NCBI GenBank assembly: GCA_964016885.1
Contig: OZ024741.1
Span: 392,026,001-392,090,000 of the forward strand
From: Eledone cirrhosa
Taxonomy: Eukaryota
DNA: 64,000 bases
Reading direction: 5' to 3'
Shown: positions 63,570 through 64,000 of the stretch, piece by piece
How positions within the stretch are numbered: position 1 is the stretch's first letter
How the letters are laid out: each line of letters begins with the position of its first letter
The notes under the pieces: model-generated
The model's database searches: none
Told to the model about the DNA's origin: nothing
What the model saw: the letters and a program-made list of their open reading frames with translations, nothing else
Program-made: the position numbers and the translations under genes

Positions 63570-63895
63570 GATTTGAAGTCAGAATGTAAAGAACCATAAC
63601 TAAATTCTGCAAGACAATTTGTCTGATGCTTTAACAAGTCTGCTAATTAAAACTCTGAATATATAAGATTTTTCAGCAGCACTTAAAAGTTCCTTCTGGA
63701 GTTGATAAAATGTAGTACCAGTCATGTACTGCAGTTAGTCTAATTGATTTTCCCCTCTCCCTAGTACTTAACTGGTACTTTATTTTATTGACTCCAGATT
63801 CATAACATAGGTTTCAAATCGCATATAGTCGATTGACAATGCCAATTTTCTTTTATTTTCTCTATAGTTTACTTTCTCTATTAGTTTATTTACAA

Positions 63896-64000
63896 TTAGC
63901 TGAATTACCCGGCATTGCCTGGTTACTGCAGTTCTTATTCAGATTAGTAAACAATAAATATGAAAATATGTTTTTTTTTCTCATAATTATTTCAAAATAT
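63896..64000 (-). mobile_element. probable Helitron 3' end (degenerate), running past the window edge
   Basis: Minus strand CCAGGCAATGCCGGG..CTAA|T, similar to 16252-16280. Confidence 0.5.

Overview
AT-rich animal genomic DNA, probably cephalopod (octopus-like); this is inferred from the SINE/RTE/Penelope repertoire and the (TA)n density. The only host gene I can support is the 5' end of EPRS (glutamyl-prolyl-tRNA synthetase) on the minus strand. It has three coding exons (19013-18971, 3830-3740, 275-179) that splice in frame; the ORF track shows only exon 3, inside a read-through ORF. The first ~33 kb is a pile of retroelements: RTE LINEs with a PHD-like finger inside the RT, CR1-like fragments, a CRE-like RLE fragment, Penelope-like elements and SINEs. 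It also holds MITEs and an apparently interrupted non-autonomous Helitron. Reading the non-coding DNA by eye gives nine minimal type I hammerhead ribozyme motifs (some degenerate), clustered in EPRS intron 1 and upstream of its start, mostly in small inverted-repeat elements next to (TA)n. Bases 33860-62909 are a ~29 kb 48/43-bp satellite with kb-scale higher-order duplications. Its monomer aligns ungapped (33/48) to a 48-bp subrepeat in an RTE/SINE 3' tail about 1.1 kb upstream, suggesting a retroelement origin. All alignments and folds were done by eye; no database searches were run.
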